A stretch of DNA of 64,000 nucleotides from Antedon mediterranea. Taxonomy: Eukaryota > Animalia > Echinodermata. Position 1 is the stretch's first letter, and each line of letters opens with the position of its first letter. The position numbers and the translations under genes are program-made. The notes below the pieces were generated by a model. The model was not told the DNA's origin. It ran no database searches and saw nothing but the letters and a program-made list of their open reading frames with translations. Shown one piece after another: positions 24,414-38,200 of this stretch. The stretch lies in contig NC_092671.1 of assembly GCF_964355755.1 (NCBI RefSeq), positions 8,556,001 through 8,620,000 of the forward strand, read 5' to 3'.

Positions 24414-25118
24414 GTAAGTATGAAATATATGCACTAACCCGACATTCAACTGCAATATTTTGTCATCAATCATGATCCCAAATTAACTCTGCCAATAGAG
24501 AGAAAAAATATTCTGTAGATCTTTCTGTAATTATTAACTGTAATAGGAAAGTAATGTTAAAAAGACTGAAAGATATACTGTACTGTAGAGAATAATCCAA
24601 TATAATTGGATAGCTTTAATGAGATTTTAACCTTTGACATGACTTACCCATCAAGTCATTTTTCAAATGGCTATAATTATAAACATTAAGTTAACGAATG
24701 TACTCACTATCCATCATTTATAAAATTATGATTTTAATTAGCCTTTCAAGTTTCATAATTATTATAATTGGTCTTTGTACACCTCCTCCTTATTGTAGCG
24801 GTAATAGTATCATTTTATTATCCGTAAATTGAATTCTGCTGTTACATGTTTTGTTTACTGGAATTGTCACATATTTTATGTTGATGTGAGAGAAACGGTA
24901 AAAGAATGATTGAATTGAATTGGTTACATTATTACAGGTCAAAAGTTACAATAGTATGATTTCTTAATAGATTTTTATACTTTTATAAAAATATGTGTGT
25001 TGAATACATGAAATAAAACCAGAAAGTTGTTGCAGTTTATTTCATATATTACCTACTTTACCTGGATAAACTAACAATTGGCCTTTATCCCTTTACTGCT
25101 TTTGCTTTGCTTGCTCAG

Positions 25119-25218
25119 GTCACTGGTGTCGTAGGACGAGCTGAACTTTTAGCTTCTATATTTGTTCTACAAGCCTTCAAAAGTTACATAGAAACTACAG
25201 GAAAAGATCAGCCAATTG
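25119..25218 (+). CDS. TMTC3: TMTC3 coding exon 3
   Basis: ctcag|VTGVVGRAELLASIFVLQAFKSYIETTGKDQPI G|gtaagt. Confidence 0.95.
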
Positions 25219-26224
25219 GTAAGTCCCTACCTGCACATTTTGTATTAATTTTGTCGTTGAGTACATTCATGTCACGTTTAAAAACCATAAAATTTACAAA
25301 TAGATTGTCTTATGATCTGAAGAATTTTTCCTAGATATGGGTCTATGCAAAGTTTCTCATTTTTCACATTAATAGTAATATTCTACAATCATAAATGTAA
25401 TGTATAGCTGAATAAAAGCGTAGCCAATAAACTTTGAGATCTTATAAGGATGATTATATTTCATTATTATGTAATGGTCATCATGGCAGCTGTGGTTTTT
25501 ATTTTACCTTGCTTACATATGGCAGCTTTAAACATCGTCTGGGATATTGTAACATTTGATGCATGAGTTGGATGGATTATAAATAATGGACTAATAGTAA
25601 CAGACACAGGTATCCTGTAATAAATAATTACTTGATAAATAATATAACACCTACAAATATTCCTGTCAGTTGATAGGACAATTGTGGCGTGCAATAGTAC
25701 ATACTATTTCACAATCACAATATTATACTAACTGTACATTTTATGAAAGTTTAAATGCTGTTATATTTTAATATTGAATAACTTGAATTCCTTGAAAAAT
25801 CAGTTTTTTTTTTATTGTCTAATATTAAAGAACGCAAAGAAAAAGAACATAAATCCAAATTTGTGTGTTAGTTCATTGTATTGATAAGAACTGCAGACAG
25901 TGTGACTTCTATCGAACTGTTCGGTTATTTCAGAGACAATTATATTTCTCCTTAAATTACACGTCAATTTGTAGTTTAGTATGAAAAGGGTTGCAAATAA
26001 AACATTTTGAAATTGTATATTACATTCGTTTGTCATTGATTTTATGTAGTGTAAGGTATTTGTCAATAATATGTTAGAATTTACACGTTTTGTGGCATTG
26101 CACTTATATACGTTCTATGTTCATTATATATATGTACTTTGTCGCCTTTCATTTACCACATTACTAAATTTATATCTTTCTGCTCCATCAATTATTATCA
26201 TTTGATGTAGAACTCCTTGAAAAA

Positions 26225-26410
26225 TGTCTACTACTGTAGTTTGACAAAACAAATTTGCCCAAATATGGTAGTGATATACCCAAATATGGTAGTGATATAC
26301 CCAAATATGGTAGTGATATACCCATATATTATAGAGATATGACAACACCATATCCATATGAGAGTATGTATATGACATTTTTTTGTCACATAAAGTTCTA
26401 TTACAGTACA
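26225..26410. mobile_element. Degenerate copy of the 35069 MITE, with a 21-bp x3 internal expansion
   Basis: Shares TAGTTTGACAAAA, ATATGGT.G.GATATGAC and TTGTCACAT with 35069-35209. CCCAAATATGGTAGTGATATA is repeated three times at 26278-26320+. Confidence 0.6.
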
Positions 26411-27788
26411 ATTATTTAATTTTGAGTTTCACTGTACTGTATATATTAATAGAACATACCAGCAGTTTACCTGTCCAATAAATTCATAATGACCACTCTA
26501 CCTTATTGTAATGTACAAAATGTGGCCGATATATAAGAAACACATTTTTTCACCATTCTAACATAGTTGAATGGCTAAAGGGGAAATAAAAGGGCCCCAC
26601 CTCGAACAGCGCTTACAAACCAAACTGCATTGCTGTAGCTTATTGCAACTTTGCCAAATATGGAAATAGAGGTAGTTACAAAAGCTATCAGCGCAACATA
26701 CAGATTTTCTTATTGCTTCGTCAACACCATCTTAACAGTTATGGAAATTCAGCATTCTTTCTATCCTACATCCTCACAATTAGAGCAAACTCGATATATT
26801 GTTTAACATTTTTATGGGAAAAAATTGTAAATTGTTACCCAGTAATTTCAAGTCAGTGAGCTGTGTAATACAACTGTAATAACATTATAAGTATAAAACG
26901 CTACATGATGTAAAATTGTATCCAAACTACATAATGACATATTTTTTTTCATTCTTTTTAAGATAGAAAATTCAATGATCTGCTTATATGGATTTCAAAC
27001 ACATACCCTTAGGTGATTTAAAATTGGCAAGAAGCAATCTTCATAAATATAATATTCAGCAAAGATAATAATAGTACAAGCTTGACATTAAGTGGTAGAT
27101 ATTAAAAAGAAATCACATGATCGTTGAGTAAACTAGTAATAGTATACTGAAATTGCTTTATAGCACATTTTAACATACCATTTTAAACCTAGTTGTTAAT
27201 GTTACGGAAAGGGGTAGACCAGGTAATGCTAAATCTCACATCTGTGACTATAAAACATAGATAGGAACATTTGATTTCATTTCATGTTCCAATGAATGTG
27301 AAGCATTGGAGCATTAACAAATATCTGTGCATGCTTAATAAATAAACAAATTGGTATTGTGATAGCTTCCCTCAGCAACTAGCCTGATTTCAGAATGTTG
27401 CATACATAAAGGTACAGGATATGGATGTGATAGAAGCTGTGACAATACAAATAGTATGCAAGTATCATTTATTTTCGGGATCTTTTGCTTGATTGCCTTT
27501 CCAGTCCAACAAGAAGTTCTATGTTACTGTACTATACATTATTTAAATATGTGACAATATTGGCATGTGACATTTAATTGTAGAAAGATTAAATGAAGGA
27601 AGACAAATAACAATGTTCACATTTTTGTACTGCAACTATACAAACTTTAGGAGTTTTGTAACCTCTCCTCATCCCTATTCTTTGACGATCTGGTTTATCG
27701 ATTTCACCTAATACAGTAAATATTAATAATTTACAACAGTAGTTAGAACCCCATTAGGGGACACCTTTGGTACCCAACAAATGTCTAC

Positions 27789-28140
27789 TTAATAAAGGGT
27801 GTCCCTTTTATAGGAGTTGCATAGTGTTGAAACTTATTTCCTTGGATTGGGTATACCAAATGTAGTTAAATTTGTGTTCCTTTTTCTGAACACGTTAATT
27901 ATTATTCTCAGCATTTAACTCTTTGCTGTATACTGTTGGGTCGGTTAGAATTAATAAAGGTGTCCCTTTAATAGGAGTTGGCATATAGTGTTAAAGCATA
28001 TTTCCTTGGATTGGATATACCAAAGATGGATTCTACTGTGGTTAAATTTGTGTTCCTCTTTCTAAAAATTTTAATTATTATTCTCAGCATTTAATTTTCT
28101 CAGCTGTATAACTTGCTGTAAAATGTTGGGTCAGTTAGAT
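27789..28140. repeat. Diverged tandem duplication (~160-190 bp units)
   Basis: TTAATAAAGG..GTCCCTTT..TAGGAGTTG...TTCCTTGGATTGG...ATTATTCTCAGCATTTAA...GTTGGGTC.GTTAGA occurs twice (from 27789 and 27951). Confidence 0.85.
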
Positions 28141-29555
28141 TAGAACAATCAATCACATGATTTCTATGACACTCATGTGTGACAGTCACATTTATACAAC
28201 ACATATATTTTATAGGCTAATCTACACCATCATGTTATGTAAACATACGGTGTTATACTGTAAACAAAAATGCTTATATTGCTATTGTCTGTATTAAACA
28301 CTTAATTGTTATGTAAATCATTTAGATAGATTAGTCATAAACCACATGATGACTGCCATAACTAGTAAAACAATGTGATTAACTAGGTCCATTCAAAGTA
28401 GGTCTAATTACTAGGTCAGTGGCATTCTATTGAGAATTACGATTAGTAATTGATTTGTTCAGTGTAAGCTTTGGATTGAAGTGTGTTCAGGTATATTTAC
28501 TTAGAATCGGTTGGGAAATATGGTATAACTTGCCAAACACAGCTGTGTATGATTGTGAGCATAATGTGTGGACATTAAATTGACTTACAAATTTATCTGA
28601 TTCTTTTTCTAGAATTTGGTGAATTTGTTTGGTGAATTTTGGCAATTCTTGGAGAAATAGTAAATGTCTTTCTAATGTTTTTGTAGAATATACTGATATT
28701 ACTTCTCTAGATGCATAGGAATTTTTGTTGCCTCCTATAACATTTGAGCATCATTTATTTAATGGAAAATTTCCCCTTAATTGTGGTGTCCCCTAAATTA
28801 TGAATATGAGGTGTTCTACTGTAGTGTGAAGATATACTGTATGTCATTAGTTTCAAATTTAATTTACAAAACTACAATGCGATTAAAACTATAGAATGTA
28901 AATTCATACAATGATATAAGCTAAATATCCATACAAACAATGCTGTATTAAAACTATTTGATGTATATTATTTAATAAACTACAGTATATTAGATTTGTA
29001 CAATGCTATTAAAAAAAATCCAAGTGGCTTCTTGGTATTGTATACTAGCAAGCTCTATCTTGACTGCAGGAAACTATGTTGCGAAAAAAAACATACCTAT
29101 GTCAGACAATAGCTTTCCCAGGGTCCTAATACACTTCCTAATATCTTAGTCAAGGACAAATAAAAACATGCAAAAAACATGATAGACACAAATTTACTGG
29201 TTTGGTAGTATACAGTGTATGGTAATCATACACAAACTTCCAATACTTCACAATTCAGCAGCAAACACAGTTTGTATACTTTAAAATTATAAACTCAAAA
29301 TTTAATCAATAGTCTATGAATAGAAGCAATTTAATGACATTGTTAAAGATAATGTGATAATTGGTTATTAAACGTTCAGTCCGTATGTGGTACTTAACGC
29401 TAATGGAAAACCAAATATATTACCAATGAATTGTAGTGAATAATTGTTTCAATTGTAGCACTGTCCCTTTAATCATGAATAATACCACCAAACTTGCGAG
29501 TTAGGATGACTATAACGAGGCATTTAATAAAAAGGCAAATTGCCTTAAAATGTAA

Positions 29556-29596
29556 ATGTGACATGTTTCGAGAAACTATTCTCATCATCAGAACAG
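29556..29596 (-). ncRNA. Penelope-type minimal hammerhead-ribozyme-like motif
   Basis: The minus strand reads CTGATGA-T-GAGAA-tagt-TTCTC-GAAA-CATGTC: core, stem II and a palindromic stem III. Stem I pairing is weak. Confidence 0.5.
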
Positions 29597-29619
29597 TAAA
29601 CAACGCCTAGAGTGCTTAT

Positions 29620-29691
29620 ATACCAATAGGACATATTGTATGTAAATAAGTAAGTACTTACTTATTTACATACAATATGTCCTATTGGTAT
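29620..29691. repeat. Perfect 72-bp palindrome
   Basis: ATACCAATAGGACATATTGTATGTAAATAAGTAAGT is followed immediately by its exact reverse complement. Confidence 0.95.
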
Positions 29692-30475
29692 TTATTGTCC
29701 CTTTAATATACTGTAACAGTGCCGTTTGGAAGCACGATAGAAAATTGATGGTTAGAATGATAAAAGACTTCAAATAATATATTACTAAAGCTTTCTGAAG
29801 ATATCTCTTTATTTTCTTTTTTTTTAACAGGCCCTAGTTAAGACAATTAATAAAGTTTAGAGTGTGATCATAAAAGATCAATTTTCAGTCAATTTTTTCT
29901 TCACCTTTGCCATAACCGCAGATAAATTAAATTTTTCAAGAGTTTTTTTTTCTTATTTGTATCTACTACGATTACTTATTATCTTTTTTTAACATTTGGT
30001 AATAAATGTAAAAGTGATTGTGACAAAATGAATATAAAATATTAATAACATTTGTACACTGTTTTTATTTTTGGTTCTTTTATGAAAGCCGACCTGCTTT
30101 AAGTGCGACTTTCAGTTTATGCTTATAATTTAGGAACGCTATACTATGCATGTTATTTTCTTCTTGATTCTATGTCATATAGATTATAATATTTTATGGT
30201 TTAGAATAAAAAAAACAGAACAACATTATACTTGTATGGTATTTGCCTTGCTTGCCAATATGGTATTTCTGTATATTTAACACAAACTATCATCACTTGA
30301 AATTAAGATTGCAATGTGAAATAAAATGTCATCAACTTGTTCCTTCCCTGTTTGATTTTTATATATAAGTTCAGTACAGTATCATCATTTTATGTATCTT
30401 AATTTATTTCTTTATTTATAACATTTATGTATCTTAATTTATTTCTTTATTTATAACATCCAAATTCCTTCACTT

Positions 30476-30511
30476 GCACTGATAAGGGCTAGTGTTGCCC
30501 GAAAGCTCTGC
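30476..30511 (+). ncRNA. Penelope-type minimal hammerhead-ribozyme-like motif (core variant)
   Basis: GCA-CTGATAA-GGGC-tagtgtt-GCCC-GAAA-GCTC-TGC. Stem I GCA/TGC, stem II GGGC/GCCC, AGCT palindrome. The core is CUGAUAA instead of CUGANGA. Confidence 0.5.
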
Positions 30512-30564
30512 TAACTTTTCTGGCTGTTTACTTTATTGTTTTGATTTAGCTTTTCGCTTTTTAT

Positions 30565-30804
30565 TTTTGTATCTCCATTGAGATCCAGCCACTGATACCC
30601 ACAGCATTGTCATTTTGTATCTCCATTGAGATCCAGCCACTGATACCCACAGCATTGTCATTTTGTATCTCCATTGAGATCCAGCCACTGATACTCACAG
30701 CATTGTCATTTTGTATCTCCATTGAGATCCAGCCACTGATACCCATAGCATTGTCATTTTGTATCTCCATTGAGATCCAGCCACTGATACCCACAGCATT
30801 TTCA
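30565..30804. repeat. 48-bp minisatellite, 5 copies
   Basis: Near-identical units of TTTTGTATCTCCATTGAGATCCAGCCACTGATACCCACAGCATTGTCA. Confidence 0.97.
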
Positions 30805-33800
30805 TTTTTTTCAGTAATTTGCCTTTGGATTTATTTATAACATTGATATTAATATGTATATCTCCCAGGTCCTACAAGATACTGTTGAGCTGATCAAACT
30901 TTCCTTCCTAGTTTTAATTTTTAACCTATTACGGAGAATCCATCATTGGCCTATGTACTTTCAAAGAGAGAGTTTTGTTTATGTCTACTTTTTGTTTAAT
31001 TAACCAGTAAATGATTCCAAATCTGGAGCACTTGCCCCAAGAGAGTTGGATGGTGAGAATGAGATGTGTCTGTTTTGTTTGATAGTAGTGGTTTTTACAT
31101 TTCAAAGTACATTGAATTGGCTAGAAGCCCGATACATAAAGCTTTGCGGAACTTTCAATTTACAATGAATAGTATCAAGAATATTGGTTTACCGCAGTTT
31201 ATACTACTTATTGTAATTGAAATGCCCCTCTAACTGCCTACAATTTTTATATTCAGAAGGTTGGATCTTGATACCAATTAGGCTAATGAATAGGAAGGTA
31301 TTTTTTTTCTGAACAGCCTAAGGATGCCAGTTGTATTCTTACCACTAAACCATTTAAAGCTTTTGCCATGACACCAATCGATGCATTGAGGAGTCCCTTA
31401 GGCCGAGATCAGATTGGGAGTTTGTAATTTACGGATTGAGTGTTAGATATCTATGACAGAATAGTGAGATGGGTTGTGAATAATTCATCTTTAAGACGCG
31501 CAGTTCATATTAGATAATAGTATTGTACATGTTGAGTTTTTCTTTAATTACAGGAGTGAACATTTTAGGTTAAATTTTCATATACCGACAATAAAACCTG
31601 TCAAAATTAATTTTGTTTTTTGAATGATTTTATCTGTAATTTTGACAATAGTATACTGATTTAAAGAACATTGACTGAGGAATGCACTTTTCTGACATTT
31701 TAAAAGGAATTTTACAATACATTATGTTATATTAGTATTGGGATTGATGTTCAGATTTCACCTTATCACATTATCGATTAATCTTTATCACACTATGTGT
31801 TGTTGTTATATAATATAGTCACAAACAAAGTATTATTTTTATATTTTACATACAGTAACTATTAATGTTAAGAAGTTTAAATAGGAAAAAATCCAAAGAT
31901 ATACGGTGCTTTACAGTATGCTCTGCACTAACATTAACACTTTGTATGTTTCTAATGTCGTACAGTATAATAATAATTTAAACACAGTTTCCATTTTGTT
32001 TAAATCCCAACAATTAAAACTAAACCGAAACCAGCTGTGAATATACTGCCACCACACCGACTAGTTCTGTGATAATCAACATGATGATTGTGGCAACTCA
32101 TAACGATGAAGATGAAGACATATTTTGTTATTCAACATCAACATTGAGAACATCAATACTGTCTAAAATGGTAAAATAATGTATTTACAGTTAGTGAAAT
32201 GGAACATGCCCTACAATAAGTTGTGTATGCAGTATCCAGATATTTAGCAATTGATATACTAATATTCCCACTGTAGTATTTACAATTTATCTCTAGTATA
32301 TCTGGAGTTACATAAGTCAGTTTTCAATATCCTAAAGCATGTATTTTTTATAAATTTTATTGTTCAGTGACGGTTTGATTATGAATAAAGCCTTAGTTTT
32401 TTACTTCAAAGAAAAAAGATTGATAAATGCCAGCCGTGGCCACGAAAGTCAATACTTGTTAATAGTATATCATTTGTGAATAAACTTTAAAGCATGTTGT
32501 TGAATAATTATAATATTGCTTGTTGAGAAATTGACGTATTGTAGACAGTAGGTTGATAAAGTATAACACCTTCAGGGGAATTGAAACGTAATGTAAAATT
32601 TCAAATTATCATTGTCTTAAGTGTTAGATAGAATGCAGTGACAGTCGCGTATACTAACTGTATATATCTACACTTATAGAATTTAAATTATTGTTTATGA
32701 AGAATATTTTATTGTTCTATTCTGCTTACTGTACTAATCAAAGGTATTATCATCAATCTTTAAACTAATGAGTATCCAACTCCGCAGTCTTCAACAAGTC
32801 GCATGCCTTCCTTTTTAGGAGTCTTCATCACTCAAGTTAGTTCCTCCCCTTTGTTATAGTCCTCATTTATGTTCTTAGGAAAATCCAGCCTCCTCATCTA
32901 TGGTCTCTTGCCAATCATTTTCGTAGCTCTTCTCTTCCCCCTCATACGAATAGAACATTAAAAGAAGAAGTTATAAACACTATGTATCCACTCAACCAAA
33001 TGATTTCCCCAGGCAGGAAGGATACAGTATGAACTTTGTTTTCTCGGTGTCTTTCACCTGCATCTTTTGCAAAAGTGCACCTCTGCCGATGGATATTGAA
33101 AAAGAGTAAGTTTAAAGTGGTTCAAAATACAGTATCATATCAATCTACCATAATTTAGTAGGTTTGATTTTTTAAAACTTCCATAGTAATTAGACAGTTC
33201 CTTCTCGTGCCTTGCTTACATGGACAAACCAATAATAGCCTTGTTCTCATTGAATATTTAGAAAAGTAGAACATTCATTGAACACCCTTCTCCATAAATA
33301 GTACAGTCCACAAACCATAGACTTCCAACACAATTTGTGTAATTTCAGTAGTTTTTTACGTGCCACTCATTTATTTCATTCCTAGTTTAGTATAAACTGG
33401 CATTAGCCTTATCACCTAAAACACACACATCATTCAACATCCCTGTAATAAAGTTCAACTCTGTCCATCCCAACCTTTGTGGTAAAACATTATTAGCCCC
33501 TGTTTATCTTACCAAGAAGGATGTGAGCATGTAGGTATAGAATAAGTTATATCTCCATGATATCAGATACTAATGTACAATGTATCCATCCAACTATAAT
33601 TTATCGTATATCCCAAGGCAGGAAGATGTTTATCCATAGCGCGTACATTAACCTTTATGGTTGTATCTTTCCAGTTAGGTATTTACGATTCAAGCAAAAG
33701 ACAATTACAGTAAAAAGCAAATGTATGTACCCAACCAAAAGATTCCTGGAGGGGGATGAGCATGAGATGTAACGCGTTCATATACCTCTGTTTGTACACC

Positions 33801-35068
33801 TGCATTTTAAATCATAATTCGGGAGAGTGCATTGCCTACAGATTGATAGCCTTCAGTAGTATACTATTAGATTCATTATAGGCGGGTATAACATGCATTT
33901 AAACGTGTGTCACACCATGTCTCTTGTGTATTCACCTGGGATTATGATGGTAAATTAATAGAGTGCCTTGCCTAGGGATAGAAACGCCTAGAACGGTGCG
34001 CTATCAATGGTGATATTTACTGTGGCACTAGGTTCTATTAGAATCATTGGCACCATCCTGTGTGTATAGTCAATTGTAATGGACTATGAAGCGTATGATT
34101 CATTATACTGCTATTATTATAACCAGTTTTACAAATGAAAAATGACAGGGATAAAAGGTTTTGCTCTTAATTAGCAGTAATGGTTGCTAATTTGGATCTC
34201 TTGCAATACATCATTTTAGCATCTGTTGTCTTTATTTTAGATGAAGGCAATTGGGTTGTCTTAGGTTAAGATTAGGGAACACACTTACTAAAAAGGTTGT
34301 ATCATACTCATAGGCTATTTAATGGATGATATATATTTTTGATGGTTAGATTCCCATTCCTATATGAATAAGTAAGTTTTTTGGAACTATATCAAATTGC
34401 AATACTTTATAAATATACTTAATAAATTGGATATTAAACATTAGTTTAGGTCTTTAAGAGCAAACACATTATTTTGAAAATAATAAACACTGTTCTGGAA
34501 TACATAAATAAATAACAATACAAATTTTTATTTTTTATTTTTAAGTAATTTATATTTCAATCCATGCAGTTTTAAGGTATTAGGCCTATACTAGAACCAT
34601 TATAGTGTAATAATAATTTAATGACTACATTTTTAAGTAGAGTTTTCTTCTTAGAGAAGAATATTAGTATTATGATATCAGATGATTATGGAACCTTCAA
34701 CATAGCATTATAATAACATATGTTTAATTGTACCATCTTGTGTATTTAGTCAATTGTGAAGATTAGTTATGCATGTCCGATTTATTTGCACTATAATTGT
34801 ATTAATTGAAAGGTCTGTTTTCCAAATGAATAAATAATATACTAAGGTTGAATAATATATAGTTTAGTTTAGACAATTTTGTAAATAACCCTTTTTTAGG
34901 TGTTGGGACAGGTTGAAAATGACAGCTTATTCCCTCTATGCAGTTGTCGGTCGGTTAAACTTTCAAATGTTTCAGAATTTAAAGACCATCTTCAATTTGC
35001 ATGTGATAGATAGTGGGTTAAAATGTGATACAGTATCATCAACACGAAAATTACCTAATGCTGTTTAA

Positions 35069-35209
35069 AGGTCTATGTACACTGTTATACTAGTTTGACA
35101 AAAAAATGTGTGATGCCCTAATAATATGGTGGGGATATGACATCATCGTGTCCATATATGGGCACATCACATTTGTTGTCACATCAAGTTTGACAGTGTA
35201 GATAGAGCT
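35069..35209. mobile_element. 141-bp PIF/Harbinger-like MITE
   Basis: TAA|AGGTCTATGTACACTGT...ACAGTGTAGATAGAGCT|TAA. 3-bp TAA TSD; the element folds back on itself for most of its length. Confidence 0.8.
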
Positions 35210-38200
35210 TAAGGTACATGTAGGTGAGCTTACACTTTCACTAAGATAAACCTGAACAGATAAATAATATTGGTCCTACACTATACTATATGCTATATAT
35301 AGGTATACCTCCCTGATATAATCCTATTAATCTCAGTCGACTATCCTCTATTATTACAGAATAAATTTCATTGTTCAGCGATTATTTGATTGAGTGTTGA
35401 TTCAGTGCATTATCAATTCTCTAGAGTACTGTGACCTCTGCAAGGTCCGCGTCGCTATGCTTTTACATAACGTGGCTAGTTTTGCACATAACACAGACGT
35501 ACCAGTCGATAATTACGCGCCTCTAGTATTAAGCCTTTCGGGTGGCTTTGATGAATGGTTTTATATGTTGGATTAAATAGAAATAGATTCTGTCTTTTAT
35601 CGCAAGAAATCAAAACCTTGATCTTGTAAAAACATGATAATAGTGTTTTTTTTAATATATGCTATTCGATTACCGTATATATTAAATATTATAAATCATG
35701 ATGATATTAATTTTAATAATAAATTTTGAATACATTTTATAATTGTATTTTTTGAAGCCCCATTTTTCTCTCCCCATTTTGGTCATATATTTGGTAATCA
35801 CATCTCACCACTATATTGATACAAGTTTGTCTTTATAGGAAATTGGTTGAATTGTGATTGTTTCTATATTTGTCTTGAATGTATTAATACACATTCCTGT
35901 GCAAATTAATATTTTATAGTTAATTGGTAATGAAACTTGCACAGTAGATGATGTGTATGTGTTTTTAAGTCTATGTAAAATTATATACCAATGCCATCAA
36001 TATCTCAAGATCATTAAAAAACATCACACACAAAATAACAGTATGTCAGTGTTTGAACTTGTAAACATATTTTTCCATACTACTGTACAGTACCTCATCG
36101 ACATAAAATGGTGGTGTCTCCTGGGTTTAATAATCATGTATCAGGGTTGAATAAGTTCTCCTTATACAAGGAATGATAAGCGATAATGTTTCAAAAAGCA
36201 TGCACATTCAATGCATATGTGCTCTCTGTAGAGTAATTTCATCATTTTTTAATGTATATTTTTGTGCAAGGATCATGTTGAAAGGTGATTTTTGCAGTAG
36301 TTTGTCATTGTTTTTCCTAGGGGTTATGTTTGTTTGGTAATATTAGGATTATCAACAATTTTTTATTTGAAATTTATTGCATGATGAGATTGTGTTTGTC
36401 CTTCTAGTAAAATGTTGATGAAAATTATTCATAATTTGTATAAATTATGATAGTAGAAAGAATAAATGCGGGACACATCCAATAAAGTTCTACCACTAAG
36501 CTGTACTATCATGTCATTCAGTACTGTGTCATTTATATATACATCTTTTTATGTTTTAATCTCTCAACACAAAACATGAGGTTCCCATCAACCACTTTTT
36601 TAATTTATTTAACTTCGTTGATACTGCCGCTGGAGTTTTTAATATCACATGGACTATAACAATTGGATTTTAAATAGCTTTTCTGGATTATAATGGTCTA
36701 GCATGAATCTTCTCCTTAGTTTCGATGCCATCAATGAAATAGTTGTAAATCGTTTTTGCTATATAGTATAGTAATCAATTATTTTGTAGAGTAGATTATT
36801 ATAATGTTATGTTTTGATGGTGATATTAGAATATTATTTTAATATTAACGGTGAAGAGGAATTTTTTTTTAAAGACTATACTATATTTTGACTAAATACT
36901 GTCAGTTTGATTTGAATACATTACATTAAAATAACTCCAATGACATATTTCATTTGTTCAACCCGGAAAGTTTGATGCAACTATTATTGCTATTGCTACC
37001 TGAAATATGGCCTATTTCATGCCTAGCATACTAGAGATAAATCGATATTGGCCTTATATCTCTTGGATGATGATACTCCAGTGTCTGTTTATCCAGGTAC
37101 TGGCACTCATAGACTGCAAATACTTGATATAATTTAATTTCTCTAAACTTTTCAGTAAAAAAAAAAGATTGTTTCATTAAAAAAGTATGATTAAATGAAC
37201 TTTTACGAGAGAACTATTATTTTAAAATTTTTCCTTATACAATAATAGTGGTAACCGTTAAAATAACTCATCATTTGAGGTGTTGAAGTGTGATTGAATA
37301 AACTTTAAGGTTTTAATCAAGAAGGTGTTTAGGTATAACAATAGAATTTAGAGAATAAATAAAGAACCTTGTACTCTTCTAATCTGTCATTAAAAAGACT
37401 TTTTAAAGTAATCCAAATCAATAGTAGCTTTCTTCTCAAAACCTGAAGTACATATTCAATAGAGAACTATACTTGAGAAAAAAAATGCTACTACAGCTAA
37501 AAGTAAGAATGGGTGTGTGCAAAGATAAGTAACGGTGAATCCAGGTTTTTTAAATAATAGGAGGGGGATGGTGCTGAACTTAACCTAATGTCCCATCTTT
37601 TACATTGTAATTGTTTAATTTATGGAAAGTTGGGCCAACTTGGCTGAGAAATTTGAGATAACAATCTGCCTGATACAAAATGCTGGATGAAGCAGGGACA
37701 CTATTATATTAAACTGATCATTATTATTTACATAGGTTGTTCATGGAGGTATACCTCCATGGGTTGTTCTAGCGAAAGAAATTTGAAGGATGTTAGAACA
37801 TATTATAACCAAAGTATAAAATTGCTTCAGCGGAGTGATATACTGCAAATGGCAGATTAGATCATTAAACACCTTGAAACCACAATACTGCAGCAATATA
37901 CACAATTAAATAAAATATCCTGTTAATAAGCTAGTATACGCTTTAACATGAAGTGAGTTGTGAATACCCTCCTGTATGAATATTTGTATACATTGGCATG
38001 CACCATCAATTCTCTTTTAAGTTAAATAGGATTGTGTAGAATGGTTGACCTACTAAGTACAATGTGCTTTGGTTACTCTAGACTTTAATTAACAACAGTA
38101 CCTTTTATTTTCAGTTGCCTTTTAAGCAGAGAGTAATTGTTACAGTGGCATGACTAGTGACTTATTTCATGAAAATTATATAAAAATCCTTTTATATTTT

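Noticed and set aside
30561-30840. ORFs with 16-aa repeats on both strands
   Set aside because: They are translations of the 48-bp minisatellite, with no splice or homology support.
32770-32945. Possible RTE-type LINE remnant (minus strand GKRR...RP..R.LD)
   Set aside because: Too degenerate to support without an alignment.
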